Both the position numbers and the translations under genes were made by a program. Below are positions 42,165 to 53,600 of a stretch of 64,000 nucleotides of DNA, one piece after another; position 1 is the first letter of the stretch; every line of letters begins with the position of its first letter. The stretch is from NCBI GenBank assembly GCA_963727805.1, contig CAVSHF010000003.1:832001-896000 (forward strand). Direction: 5' to 3'. The DNA comes from an uncultured Nitrospiraceae bacterium. Lineage in GTDB: Bacteria; Nitrospirota; Thermodesulfovibrionia; Thermodesulfovibrionales; Dissulfurispiraceae. The notes beneath the pieces are model-generated. The model saw nothing but the letters and a program-made list of their open reading frames with translations. It was not told the DNA's origin and did no database searches.

Positions 42165-43193
42165 CTATCGAAGTATCCTGACAGCCTCATGCTTGACTGA
42201 CAGCAGACCGTCAACGTAAATGAAATCAAGATAGTTGGGCATCTCATTGTGGGCGACCCGTCTCTTCTTCAACGCCCATCGTGTCTGATCCTCAAGGTCA
42301 ACAAGAAGGGCCTGATCAAGCGTTACCTTGGTTGTCCAAATGGGCCATATTTGGTCAAGAAGTAACTTGTCGATTTTTATGAACTCGGCCACGATGCGCC
42401 GTGCTTCCTCGGGGTTCTGTTGTATAAATGTCTCGGCCCTTATGAGTGCCCGAAGAACTTTTTTTATAGTTTCGGGATGTTTCTTCACATATTCCTGCAT
42501 TGCAGCAAGGCAGAAGGTTTCGGTATAGATTGACTCGTCGAAGAAGACTGCTCCTTTGTTCCCCAGTTCTTTCACCAGTAGGTTAAGTGTGGGGTTAAAT
42601 ATCGAAACCGCATCAACCCTTCCCGTGCCCAGTGCCGCTGCCATCTCATCTGGCTTCATGTCAACAAATTTGACTTTCGCCCTGTCGATACCATGGGCAA
42701 GCAGAAATGCCTCCGCAAAGAATTCAGCGGCAGTTCCTAATTTAACGCCTATCCTTTTTGCTTTAAGGTCGGAGGGTAACGCAATACCGCGATCCCGCCT
42801 CGCGACAATAGCGTTGTCCCTGTTTGAAGTCTGGATTGCCGCAAGCACTGTGATTTTCTTGCCGTTCATGACAGCTGAAACTATCGGAGTATCCGCGACA
42901 GTTGCCAGATCAGCTTGGCCATCGAGAACCGCGTCGAGGGCCAATTTTCCAAAGGCATGAGATTGTAGCGTTGCATCAAGGCCCTCTCCCGCAAGGTATC
43001 CCTTCGAAAAGGCTATATACATGACAATAGCATTTACCGCAGTTGAATACGCAATGGTGATCTTTTCAGGCGGTCCGACCACTTTATTTTCTTTATTGCA
43101 GGATGTGCTACATAAAATAAAAGAGGGAATCAAAAGTATTAGAAGAATGTCTCTCCAAAATAACAATAACTTCTTATTACTCAAAGGAACCAT
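42165..43193 (-). CDS. NrtA/SsuA/NMT1-like substrate-binding protein
   Basis: signal/lipobox-like start; DLKAKRIGV..GT; G.VDA; HPETIKKVLRAL. Confidence 0.85.
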   Translation of the reverse strand: MVPLSNKKLLLFWRDILLILLIPSFILCSTSCNKENKVVGPPEKITIAYSTAVNAIVMYIAFSKGYLAGEGLDATLQSHAFGKLALDAVLDGQADLATVADTPIVSAVMNGKKITVLAAIQTSNRDNAIVARRDRGIALPSDLKAKRIGVKLGTAAEFFAEAFLLAHGIDRAKVKFVDMKPDEMAAALGTGRVDAVSIFNPTLNLLVKELGNKGAVFFDESIYTETFCLAAMQEYVKKHPETIKKVLRALIRAETFIQQNPEEARRIVAEFIKIDKLLLDQIWPIWTTKVTLDQALLVDLEDQTRWALKKRRVAHNEMPNYLDFIYVDGLLSVKHEAVRILR

Positions 43194-43850
43194 GATATAT
43201 ATATATTATCACTATATTTCATGAATAACAATTTTAAAGTGCATTCTAAAGTGCATTATCGCAAGGTGAAGCTACATAATTGTATCTAAAACTTGATTAG
43301 TGTTCCGGAGACTGTTTCGATATCCCACAGCTTTTTCGCTAATAGGAATTTGGGTACGCTCTTATCCCTATACCACTGGCATAAGAACGCGTACTTACTA
43401 ATTACGCTATATCATCAATCACGGTTTTAGCATCCAAGTTCGTTTATATCCTATAAGCTAGGGTGGTGCTGTTTCGACTTGTACCGATTACTCCACTGTT
43501 GTCGTATGCAACATACTGACACCACCTTGAAATGTACAGTTTTCCCATAATATTACGATAACAACTAGACGAGTCGATGTTAGGCTATGCAAATTGCGGG
43601 GTCGACATGAATTCTATTATCGCATTGATTGAGGATGGGGCGGATTTAGCATGTGGTGAGATCCGGGTGCACAAGGCTGCTATTCAATACCAATTTAAAT
43701 AGAGGTGTTTGCAACTGCCACCGCATCAGGGACCGGAGACGAACTCCTAGAATGGGTAAGAGAGAATCGTCCGAAGACTTATATAGTGTGTTGGTTGGGC
43801 AGGTAGTTACTGAAAGAAAAGACACACGGCAATCATGACAGGGGGATATC

Positions 43851-45662
43851 GTGAGAAAGAAACTAGGGGATGTCCTGAGAGAGCAGGGGCTACTCTCAAA
43901 CGAGCAACTTGAAAATGCAATTGAGCACCAGAAGATTACCAGAAAAAATCTGGGGGAAACTCTCGTCACTCTCAACTATGCTACAAAAGAACAAGTAGTC
44001 GAAGCCTTGGCTGAGGCGTTTTCTCTGCCAATAATCGTCTTCGCGAATAATATCGACATAGTACTACGTCAGGAACTCCAAACTATCATACCAAAGAAAA
44101 TGGCCAAAGAGAAGATTATCTTCCCGCTTGAGAAGACCGATTCCACTCTTGTTCTGGTCATGGCCAACCCCATGGATTACAGCACGATAGACGACATTTC
44201 GTTCAACACCAAGCTTAGGATATCCACGATGATCTCCTACGAAAGCGCAATTCTCGGCGCAATAGAACATTATTATGTCGAAGGAGCAAGTAGTCTCGGA
44301 CTTCTTGACAATTACAGCTCGAATATCAGCGCCGACATCGACGCCGAAAACGAAGTCCAGTTCTTCTCTGAGGCGCAAAAAGTAGAAGAAACTGACTCCA
44401 ATATAGAGTCGCTGTACTCAAAGAGCAAGGCTCCCCCAATCGTTAAACTGGTTGCCATGATGATCGCAGAGGCTATCAAGATGAGTGCCAGCGACATCCA
44501 TATCGAGCCCCAGCGCGGCATGATACAGGTGCGGTTCAGGGTCGATGGAGACCTTAGGAATATCTTCACATATGAACGGAATATACACGACTCTGTCATA
44601 TCCCGCATCAAAATCATCTCAAATTTGGACATTACCAACCGCCGTCTGCCGCAGGACGGTGGTAGCCATGTCATGCTCAAAGGTAAGGAGATCGACCTCA
44701 GGATATCCACGATACCCTCCATATACGGAGAAAAGATAGTCATCAGGCTACTTGAGCAAAGTTCAGGCGTCGTCACACTACAGGGGCTTGGCATGCCTGA
44801 GGCTATGAGAAACTCGATTTCCAGCATTCTGAGGCGTCCGCAGGGTATGCTCATCGTTACAGGACCGACAGGGAGCGGCAAAACAACTACCCTTTATGCC
44901 GCACTTAATCATATGCGGTCGGAGACCAGGAATATTGTGACAATCGAAGACCCTGTTGAGTACAAAGTCGATGGCATTACACAGATACAGGTGAAGGACG
45001 ATATCGGAAGAACCTTTGCCAATATCCTAAGGTCCGTTCTACGGCAAGACCCTGACGTAATTAAGGTGGGCGAGATTCGTGATGCCGAAACAGCAGAAAT
45101 TGCCATGAGAGCATCCATGACAGGGCATCTGGTGCTGACGACTCTCCATACTAACAGTACTGCCGCGACGATAACGCGCCTCATCGATATGGGCGTAGCT
45201 CCTTATCTGCTTGGCTCATCTCTTAGCGCAATACTGGCACAGCGCCTTGTTAAGAAGATATGTCCATATTGCAAGGTTGAGTTGCCGGTATCCGATGAGC
45301 TTCTGGCACTTATGGAAGGATTCGAATTGCCTGAGATAACGAGGCATTACAAAGGAGAGGGTTGCCAGCATTGTTACAAAACAGGCTATCTCGGGAGAAC
45401 GGCAGTTTATGAGTACCTCCCTGTTAGCCTCGGCGTTAAGACGCTGCTCTTCAAAGATGCATCGGAGATAACTATAGCTAGGGTTGCCAAGCAGGAAGGC
45501 GTTAAACTTTTGTTCGTCGATGCATGGGAAAAGGTCGGGCAGGGTATCACTACTGCCGAGGATGTATTGGCGAAGATCCCTCTTGAAGAGGGACTGGTTA
45601 GCAAGCTACCCCAGACCTCTCGTGGAGCGGTAGAACTCGTGGAAGCAGTCGTTTTGTCATAG
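43851..45662 (+). CDS. GspE/PilB-family secretion ATPase with N-terminal MshEN-like domain
   Basis: KLG..L...GL....L.....Q; ASDIHIEP; GPTGSGKTT; LRQDPD; CxxC..CxxC. Confidence 0.92.
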   Translation: MRKKLGDVLREQGLLSNEQLENAIEHQKITRKNLGETLVTLNYATKEQVVEALAEAFSLPIIVFANNIDIVLRQELQTIIPKKMAKEKIIFPLEKTDSTLVLVMANPMDYSTIDDISFNTKLRISTMISYESAILGAIEHYYVEGASSLGLLDNYSSNISADIDAENEVQFFSEAQKVEETDSNIESLYSKSKAPPIVKLVAMMIAEAIKMSASDIHIEPQRGMIQVRFRVDGDLRNIFTYERNIHDSVISRIKIISNLDITNRRLPQDGGSHVMLKGKEIDLRISTIPSIYGEKIVIRLLEQSSGVVTLQGLGMPEAMRNSISSILRRPQGMLIVTGPTGSGKTTTLYAALNHMRSETRNIVTIEDPVEYKVDGITQIQVKDDIGRTFANILRSVLRQDPDVIKVGEIRDAETAEIAMRASMTGHLVLTTLHTNSTAATITRLIDMGVAPYLLGSSLSAILAQRLVKKICPYCKVELPVSDELLALMEGFELPEITRHYKGEGCQHCYKTGYLGRTAVYEYLPVSLGVKTLLFKDASEITIARVAKQEGVKLLFVDAWEKVGQGITTAEDVLAKIPLEEGLVSKLPQTSRGAVELVEAVVLS

Positions 45663-46013
45663 CAGGATGACAAGATAAGAATGCAAGAAAGAGATAAAAT
45701 GGGAATGTACAGATTGGCGAACAAGGTTCGTAATGAATTGCGCGAAGCTGCCGAACATGGCGATGTTGCCCTATTCCGTGAACTGCGGTTCAGTGCTAGC
45801 GTGTGTGTCCACCGCTTCCCGAAAATCTCGACTCGTATGCAAACTAAATGGTCGGAGCTAATCACCAGTGGTGTGCATTACTTGGTAGAACGCCTCCCTT
45901 CAGCGAGTCAGATCAAGGCGTGTCAGAAGGAGACAATAGACGATTCGTCAATGATAGTTTTTTGGTAATCACCAAATTCCTGGCATGGGTAAAAGCACAT
46001 GACTTTCAGTCAA

Positions 46014-47210
46014 CTATACAGCAGCCACCTCCTTTTTAAACGGCATTCTGTGTGTAAGCATAGAGAAGATAACCCTGATCAGCTTGTGAGTGGTTGCCAT
46101 TAATGCCTTCATCTTAGGCAATCCTTCAGCGACTCTTCTAAGGTAATATTCTCTGAATATATTGTCAGATCTTATTGCACAGAGTGTAATAAGATGGCTG
46201 ATGCGCCTCATATGACGATTCCCTCGTTTTGATATTTTGCTTGGCCCCACATGCTTCCCTGACTGATGAGTCGATGGATCGATCCCCATGTAAGCTATCA
46301 AACTCTTATATGATTTGAAGTTGGACAGCTCTCCCATCTCCGCCAGAAAGCTGCATCCAAGAATGTTTTTCACCCCATCGAGACTCTTCATTATCTCAAG
46401 CTCTTCGATCCGTGTTGCCTGACAAGCCTCTACCAATGCCTCGGTAATCTTCTCACACTGCTCCTGAAGATACAGGATCGTAGTTGCCTTCTCAGAGACA
46501 ATAAGCTCTTTCGCTTTACCAGCTGAGCCCACCGAGCGCTTTGCAGCAGCAATAAGATCGTCGGCGCTAATCTGGACTCTCTTGTGCTTCTCCCCAGGAC
46601 AGAGAAGAGCTTTGTCGATATCTTTTCTCTTGGCCTGCCGAATTAATCTGGCTGAAGGATACTGCCTAATAAAGTTCAGCATCGTATCAGTGTAAATATT
46701 CTTGCGGAGTGTCTCAAACTCGGGGAAAGTGCTCTGCAGCAGCCGTTTGAGGTCATTCTTAAGTGATGCGATCATCCATGACTGAGACTCTCGTTCCCTG
46801 GCCAGATCCCTCAGATCCTGTGCATCTTGGGTTGACGTCACCACGCAAAGCTTCTTCTCATTGTTCAGAAGAAACTGAGCTATGGTCATCGCATCCTTCT
46901 TATCTGTCTTGGTCTTTCTCAATGACCCCTGAACAAATTTGGATATCAGAAGTGGATTTACAACCACACAACGAAGTCCCTCCGCACATAGGAAGGAAAA
47001 GAGATTGATATGATAACAGCCGGTGGATTCCATCGCAACAGCAATATCATCCAGGTTCACACCGCATCCCTTAATCGCAGTCCGAAGCTCTGCAAACCCT
47101 GCTGAGTCCATTGAGAACCCTAAGTAAAAAAGCTTCTTCTCGTCACTACCGATGCCTTGGGCAGTCGAGTGCTCTTTTGACACATCGATGCCAACGAATG
47201 CTTTGCTCAT
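46014..47210 (-). CDS. IS110-family DEDD recombinase
   Basis: GIDVSK, MESTG, KTDKKDA, QSGK, SKRGN. Confidence 0.95.
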   Translation of the reverse strand: MSKAFVGIDVSKEHSTAQGIGSDEKKLFYLGFSMDSAGFAELRTAIKGCGVNLDDIAVAMESTGCYHINLFSFLCAEGLRCVVVNPLLISKFVQGSLRKTKTDKKDAMTIAQFLLNNEKKLCVVTSTQDAQDLRDLARERESQSWMIASLKNDLKRLLQSTFPEFETLRKNIYTDTMLNFIRQYPSARLIRQAKRKDIDKALLCPGEKHKRVQISADDLIAAAKRSVGSAGKAKELIVSEKATTILYLQEQCEKITEALVEACQATRIEELEIMKSLDGVKNILGCSFLAEMGELSNFKSYKSLIAYMGIDPSTHQSGKHVGPSKISKRGNRHMRRISHLITLCAIRSDNIFREYYLRRVAEGLPKMKALMATTHKLIRVIFSMLTHRMPFKKEVAAV

Positions 47211-47224
47211 TTTCAAGCACCTCC

Positions 47225-47405
47225 CGCATAGGATCTTAGGCAGGAATGCCTCCCAACCATATCTCCATCTTTACAAGAGCTCGTAGCCCTATCAACTTAT
47301 CATGGCTTTGGGAGGCAGGGGACTGACTGAAAAAAGGATTCAATGACCCTGTAGCAAACCACGTCCTCCTGCCTCTTTATGAACAGTTAATAACCGTCCA
47401 TACTA
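47225..47405 (-). ncRNA. putative bridge RNA
   Basis: 5' hairpin AUGGACGGUU/AACUGUUCAU, then two stems (GAGGCAGG/CCUGCCUC; CCCAA..CCAU/AUGGUUGGG) enclosing large internal loops. Confidence 0.6.
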
Positions 47406-47771
47406 TCGTTATACCATATTTGATGTGTAGGAGTAGTTACCACCTGACAGCAGATTCTCTCAGAAGTAATCGCGATACCCCGACGCGGTGATGAAGCTTT
47501 GTTTTTACCGGTAATCATCGAGGGGCTATACTCTTATCCGCTATGCAGTCATACCGCAGTCATTTTAGCCAAAAGTATGAGTTCCTCCCTCAATATAATT
47601 ATCATAATCGGACCTCTACCACAACGTGGATTATCTTGATAGACTTATACCAGGCGCCTTGGGAGGGGAGGACAGCTGCGATAGTCCTGTACACGTCTGA
47701 TATTTGCGATTGCACACAATTTGAATTGTTACAAAACAAATTACAAATAAACGAGAAGAGGTATAAACATT

Positions 47772-48203
47772 ATGCCACGGATGAAGAGTGTCGAAATTCT
47801 CCTTGTAGAGGATGATCCTGCAGATGTTGAATTAACACGCGAGGCAATGAAAGATTCTAAATTGCTTGTAACTATGACTGTCGTTGACGATGGAGTCAAG
47901 GCAATGAGATTCCTCAACCAAGAAGAGCCGTACACTGATGCCCGCAGACCCGACTTGGTCATACTTGATCTAAACCTTCCCCGGAAGGACGGGAGAGAAG
48001 TACTGCAGGAGATCAAGAATGACGAAAATCTCAGAAGCATTCCTGTTTGCATCCTCACCACATCTAATGATGCTTTAGATATAATAAAATGCTATGAATG
48101 GGGTGCCAACTGCTGGGTTACCAAGCCCATCGGCCTAAAGGAGTTTACTAGGGTTGTCAGTAGCATCCGTGACTTTTGGTTGACTGTTGTAAAGCTCGCA
48201 TAG
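47772..48203 (+). CDS. response regulator (Rcp1-like)
   Basis: EDDPAD, PDLVILDLNLP, FWLTVV. Confidence 0.92.
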   Translation: MPRMKSVEILLVEDDPADVELTREAMKDSKLLVTMTVVDDGVKAMRFLNQEEPYTDARRPDLVILDLNLPRKDGREVLQEIKNDENLRSIPVCILTTSNDALDIIKCYEWGANCWVTKPIGLKEFTRVVSSIRDFWLTVVKLA

Positions 48204-48343
48204 ATAGACGTTTCTAAATGGAGATGTCGTTTGCGTCTTTCGGGCAGACTAATAAGCTAAATGATGCCAGTTTTTTGAAGTTAGTATTGTAGAGATTATC
48301 GTCGGCCAGCAATATACGCTTCAGTGTGCATGTCTTCTTATAT

Positions 48344-50079
48344 CTACTTTATTTTTGGCAGTGTAAAGTAAAATGTAGCGCCCCGTCCCTCAGCACCTTC
48401 GGCCCAGACCCTTCCGCCATGGCGCAATATTATGCGCTGCACATTCGCAAGGCCAATGCCAGTACCTTCAAATTCATCTTGGGTATGAAGACGCTGAAAG
48501 ACGCCAAAGAGCTTTTCGGCATATTGCATGTCAAACCCTACTCCATTATCCGAGATTGAACAGGTGAATTTATCATCCTCATCATTGCATCCAATCTTGA
48601 TTTCAGCCTGCGGACGAGTGCTTGTGAACTTAACTGCATTTGAGACAAGATTGACAATCACAAGTCTTAATAGTGATCGATCACCCAGTACGTCAGGCAA
48701 GTCATCGATCTTCCATCTAACCTGCCGTTCCTTCAGTTCATCCTTAATTTCGCGGACCACCTCTTTTAAGAGGGAGTTTAAACTCACCTTTCTCATTTGT
48801 AACTCTGCACGCCCGATGTGAGAAAAAGAGAGGAGATCGTCAATAAGCACCCCCATCTTTTTTGAGGCTGCTATTATCAAAGCCATGTATTGGTGAGTTT
48901 TTTCGTCAGGGTAGTCGAGTAGTTTTTTCTGAAGCATTGTTGCGAATCCGGCCATATGCCGTAAGGGTGCCCGAAGGTCGTGAGAAACCGAGTAACTAAA
49001 TGCTTCAAGTTCCTTATTGACCACTTCTAGCTTCAAGTTCAAATCATCGGCAAGTTCCCTTGCTTTCTTCATCTCATCGTGCTTCTGCTTGCGCTCGGTG
49101 ATGTCATCAAAAACAGCTACAAAATAATTCTTTTCAGTGCTATAAACTGAGATATATAGCCATGCCGCCAAAGGCTTGAATTCGATCTCGAATTTCTCCG
49201 GCTGACCAGTCAATGCCACCCGGCTATAAATCTCGAACAACTCCGGATGTGACTCCTTAATCCCAGGGATTACCTCTGTGACATTCTTACCCACTACATT
49301 GTGCAATCCTGTCAGCCGCCCGAATGCCGAGTTGACGGCGAGGTAGACAAAGTCTGTCGGATTGCCGTTATTATCGTAAAGCATTTTACAATATGCAGAC
49401 CCCTCAGACATGTTTTCAAACAGCGAGTGATAATGCTTTTCGCTTTTCTTTAGCTTCTCCTCTATCCGTTTACGCTCACTGACATCGATTATGATTGCAC
49501 GGGATCCCGTAGTGCCATCGGTGCCTGGCGCCGCGCCTAAATCTATTCGCACCCAGAAGGGGGCGTTGTCATTTCTCATCATTCTCATTATGCATGACTG
49601 AGGTGCTCGAGTTGCCATAAGCTGTTTGTGGCAAAGGTAATATAAGTCCTGATCTTCGGTGGATACAAAGCGGAAAAGCGGCTGCCCGACTAACTTGCTT
49701 CTCTCTACTCCCAACAATGTGGCGGACGATAGATTGGCCTCCAATATTATTCCCTTTTCGTTTAGGGAGACATATCCCGCTGGGGCTAGATCATATAGGT
49801 CAAAATATTTTTCGCGGGCTGCTTCGAGTTCCTGCTGTATGCGGCGCAGCTCATCATTCTGCATCTCCAGTTCGATCTGGTGCACCTGCAGTTCGTGGAC
49901 CATGCGCTGAACATCGGCGGGCGGAATCTTGTCCACTGAGACGGACTGTTTTAACAATATCTCTTCAGCCGGCGCAGGTCTGCACCGTCTTGAGGTATCC
50001 CTGCATCAGATCCGACAGGGAGCTCTTTACCAGGTGGCTGAATCTCGCTCTTCTTCGATGTTTTCTTCTTTCCGGCCAT
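48344..50079 (-). CDS. PAS-PAS histidine kinase (Cph1-type transmitter); probable frameshift near 49970, intact frame 48344-49957
   Basis: HELQVHQIELEMQN; PAS; SHDLRAPLRH; upstream frame MAGKK..DLRR joins AEEILLKQ out of frame. Confidence 0.85.
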
Positions 50080-50260
50080 CACGTTCCCCTATATCTGCTA
50101 AAGATCCTTCCCCAAGGGATACAGCAGATCATTTCTACAATATCTTCGATTGGATAATGACTATCGGTTGATATTGTTAGGGATTATTATAACAAGTTCA
50201 TCTCAGTATGGCTAAAGTAAGTACCACAGCAAGAGAAAAGCTAAGGCTGAGCATATTCTT

Positions 50261-50623
50261 TTAGCCGCAATGATAGTCGACCACCGCTAAAAAATCATTA
50301 ATGGCTATTGGCTTGGCAATGTAGTCTCGAAATCCGATCGACATGAACTTTTCCCTATCGCCACTCATGGCGTAAGATGTCAGAGCTATAACCGGGATGT
50401 TCATGGTTAACGGATCAGATTGCAATATCTCAAATGCTTCCATCCCGTCAACCTCCGGGACTTGAATATCCATTAGGATAAGATCGGGCCGATATTCCCT
50501 GGCAATTTTCACGCCCTCGGCTCCATCGTATGCTTCCAATGTCTCATATCCTTTCGCCTTAAGAAGGGCCTTTAGTAACCTTTGGTTAGTTTCCTCATCA
50601 TCTACTATCAGAATTCTCTTCAC
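50261..50623 (-). CDS. single-domain response regulator (DivK-like)
   Basis: paralog of 36154-36516. Confidence 0.92.
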   Translation of the reverse strand: MKRILIVDDEETNQRLLKALLKAKGYETLEAYDGAEGVKIAREYRPDLILMDIQVPEVDGMEAFEILQSDPLTMNIPVIALTSYAMSGDREKFMSIGFRDYIAKPIAINDFLAVVDYHCG

Positions 50624-50625
50624 TT

Positions 50626-53600
50626 TTATGCACCGGGGCGTACAGGTATCGTAAACATGAATTTGCTCCCTTTGCCGGTTTCGCTTTCAACCCAAATCCT
50701 TCCGCCGTGAAGCTCGACAAGCTGCTTGCATAGACTCAGACCCAGACCGGTCCCTTTATATTTCCTCGTTAGTCTCGTATCAACCTGCTCAAATGGCTTG
50801 AAGAGTTTATTGCGATCTTCAGGGGATATTCCAATGCCAGTGTCACTGACGGAGTATTTGAAGAATTCCCTATCATCAGTCAAGGCCGCCACTACATGAA
50901 TTGTCCCGCCGTCGGGTGTGAATTTCACAGCATTGCCCAAAAGATTGAACAATACTTGTTTTATTTTCCTCTCGTCTCCGATCATTGTATCCAGGCCTTC
51001 TGCAATCTCGAAAGTCATCTGAAGATTGTGCTTGTACTCCTTCTCCTTAAATAAGGCGATGCTGGTTTCAACAAGTCTTTTTATGTTGAACTCATTCATC
51101 TGCAGTTCCATCTTGCCCGCTTCCACTTTTGACAAATCAAGAATGTCCTCGACTAAGCTGAGCAGGTGTCGGCCACTCGTGAATATATCTGTTACGTGCC
51201 CTTTCTGTTGATCAGTTAGCGGACCGCTCAGTCCAGTCGCCATCAGCTCAGAAAAACCAATGATGGCATTCAGCGGTGTCCTGAATTCATGGCTCATACT
51301 AGCTAAGAAGTCCGACTTCGCTTTGTTCGCCGCTTCGGCCGTTTCTTTCATGATTTCAGCCTCTATCACCTTCTTGCGTTCCGTGATATCCATCATAACA
51401 TGCACCGAATATAGATACTTGCCTTCTTCGTCTCTTTTTGGATACATCCGCACACTAAAAGTCTTCCCTATGGAATCTATTGTGACCTCCTTTAACGCAG
51501 GTCTTCGAGATTTTACTGCCTCTTTGCATAAATCGTCGGAGGTGTCAGTTTTGGGAAATATCTCATAATAAGGTCGGCCGACAAAGTCAACGGGTGACAT
51601 ACCCGTCATTTGCTCATAGGCTTTGTTTGCCCTTATTATCCTGCCGTCACTGTCATGAATGAAAATCAATTCTGTGATGGCATCAAAGGTGTCCTCCCAT
51701 TCCTTCTTAGCATTTATTATTTTCTGCTCTATTTTTTTGCGCTCTGTGATGTCTCGGGCCATCCCGGCGAACCCGCTGATATTGCTATGATGATCCTTGA
51801 GCACGGAACCCATAAACTCATACGGAATCTGCCGGTGATCCTTCAAAAGCAAATAAGCATCCTGCTTTGCACGTCCCTCGTTAAGAACTATTCCGATTGA
51901 CTTGCTGATTCGCTTTCTATCTTTCTCTGCAAAGAAGTCTGTAGGGGGCATGGAATGCAACTCTTCATAGCTGTAACCAGTAATTCTGCTGAGAGCCTCA
52001 TTGCAAATTAATAATTTGCCATTCAGATCGTAGGCATAGAAAATATCATCAATGGCGTTCAAAGTGCTTTCAGTAAAGGCTTTTGCCTCCCTTAGTTTTT
52101 CCTCCGCCTGCTTACGCAGCTCCTTCTGAGCAAAACTATCTACAGCAAATGAAATGCTATCAACAATCTCTTGCATCAATTCTATTTCGTCTTTCTCAAA
52201 ATAAGCCGATTCCGATATATAAACAGTGATGGCTCCGATCACTTGTTTATGCTCCCTAATCGGAAATGCAGCTGAAGACAGGTATCCCCGTTTTATCGCT
52301 TCATCACTCCAGGGTCCCATATAAACATTCTCTTGGGTGCTATTGTTAATGATGTGGCGGTTTTCTCTTACGGCTGTCCCAGTCGGCCCTCTACCTCCAG
52401 GGACGCTGCTGTCAATAGTGATTCTTATTAAATTTAGATAGCCCTCTTCATATCCGAAGTGACTTGCCACATCAATATAATCACTGTCCCAGTTGACCAA
52501 GCCTATCCACGCCATTCTGAAATTGCCTCTTTCAACCATGATCCTGCAAATGTCTTCAAAGAACTGTGCACGATCATTTGCCTCTGCGATCGCCAGATTG
52601 ACATGACTTAACACCGCAAGCAATCTATTGATACGAATTAACTTCGCTTCTGCCTGCTTGCGCTCGGTGATAACGTCGAATACGGCTACAAAGTGTTCTT
52701 TTTGGGGGCTGTACACTGATATCCAAAACCACATCCGCAAGGCAGCTACATACATCTCAAAGCGCTCGGGTTTCCCGGACAAGGCAACTCGGCCGTATAT
52801 CTCAAATACCTCGGGATCAGACTTTCGTATTTCAGGAATGACCTCAGACACCTTCTTACCAACAACATTCTTTAAGCCTGTTAATGTTGTGAAGGCATCA
52901 TTTACTGCAAGGTATATGAAGTCCTGAGGCTGATCCTCCGAAAAAAGCATTCGGCAATAGGCAAAGCCGTTGAGCATGTTGTCAAACAAGGAGTGATATA
53001 ATTCTTCACTTCCGCGAAGCAAATCTTCTGCTTCGAATTTCGCCAAGGCTACGGCTAGGTGCCCCGCCAATCTTTCCCATAGAGCAATATCTTCAGGAGA
53101 GAAACGACCCTTTTGTCGGTCGTTCAACTGCAGTAGCCCCAGTCTGTCCTCGCCGACGTGCAGAGCGATCAGGGCCACCGATTCGTATCCCTCTCCGTTG
53201 CACCTGTTGCGCGTTCGAGCTTGTCGATCTGCTTCAGTTGTGGTTGCAAGTAGTTCGGTAGTACTGTTTGTCCAGAAGCTTCCACCGTGGGTAAAAAAAG
53301 GTTTTGACGGATCGAAGCGCCCGCAAATAACGTTCCCGCACATGCAATCCAAGACAGGATTGCCGGTGCTGTCGCAGATGACCGCTCCGGTCGTAGAGTG
53401 GGAGCACAACGAGTTTTCGGCCAATACAAACTCGACCGGAAATCCGCGAGCTTCATAATAAGGGTAGTCATTCTGATCATGCAGCCGGATCCCTGTAGCT
53501 TCACATCCAGAGTGCTGCTGCAGGAAAGTCGCCGCCGACTGAACCATATCCTTCTTATTCCTGCTCTCATTAACCAGACGGAGGAAATCGACTGCGATCG

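Larger units (their letters stand above)
45999..47425 (-). mobile_element. IS110-family element with long non-coding left end
   Basis: shared CAT core at both inferred ends; TTGACT at the right end and TGnTATAAC at the left end; no TIRs; boundaries inferred. Confidence 0.75.

Noticed and set aside
45681..45968. 95-aa ORF after the ATPase
   Set aside because: No recognisable family; cannot be supported as a gene
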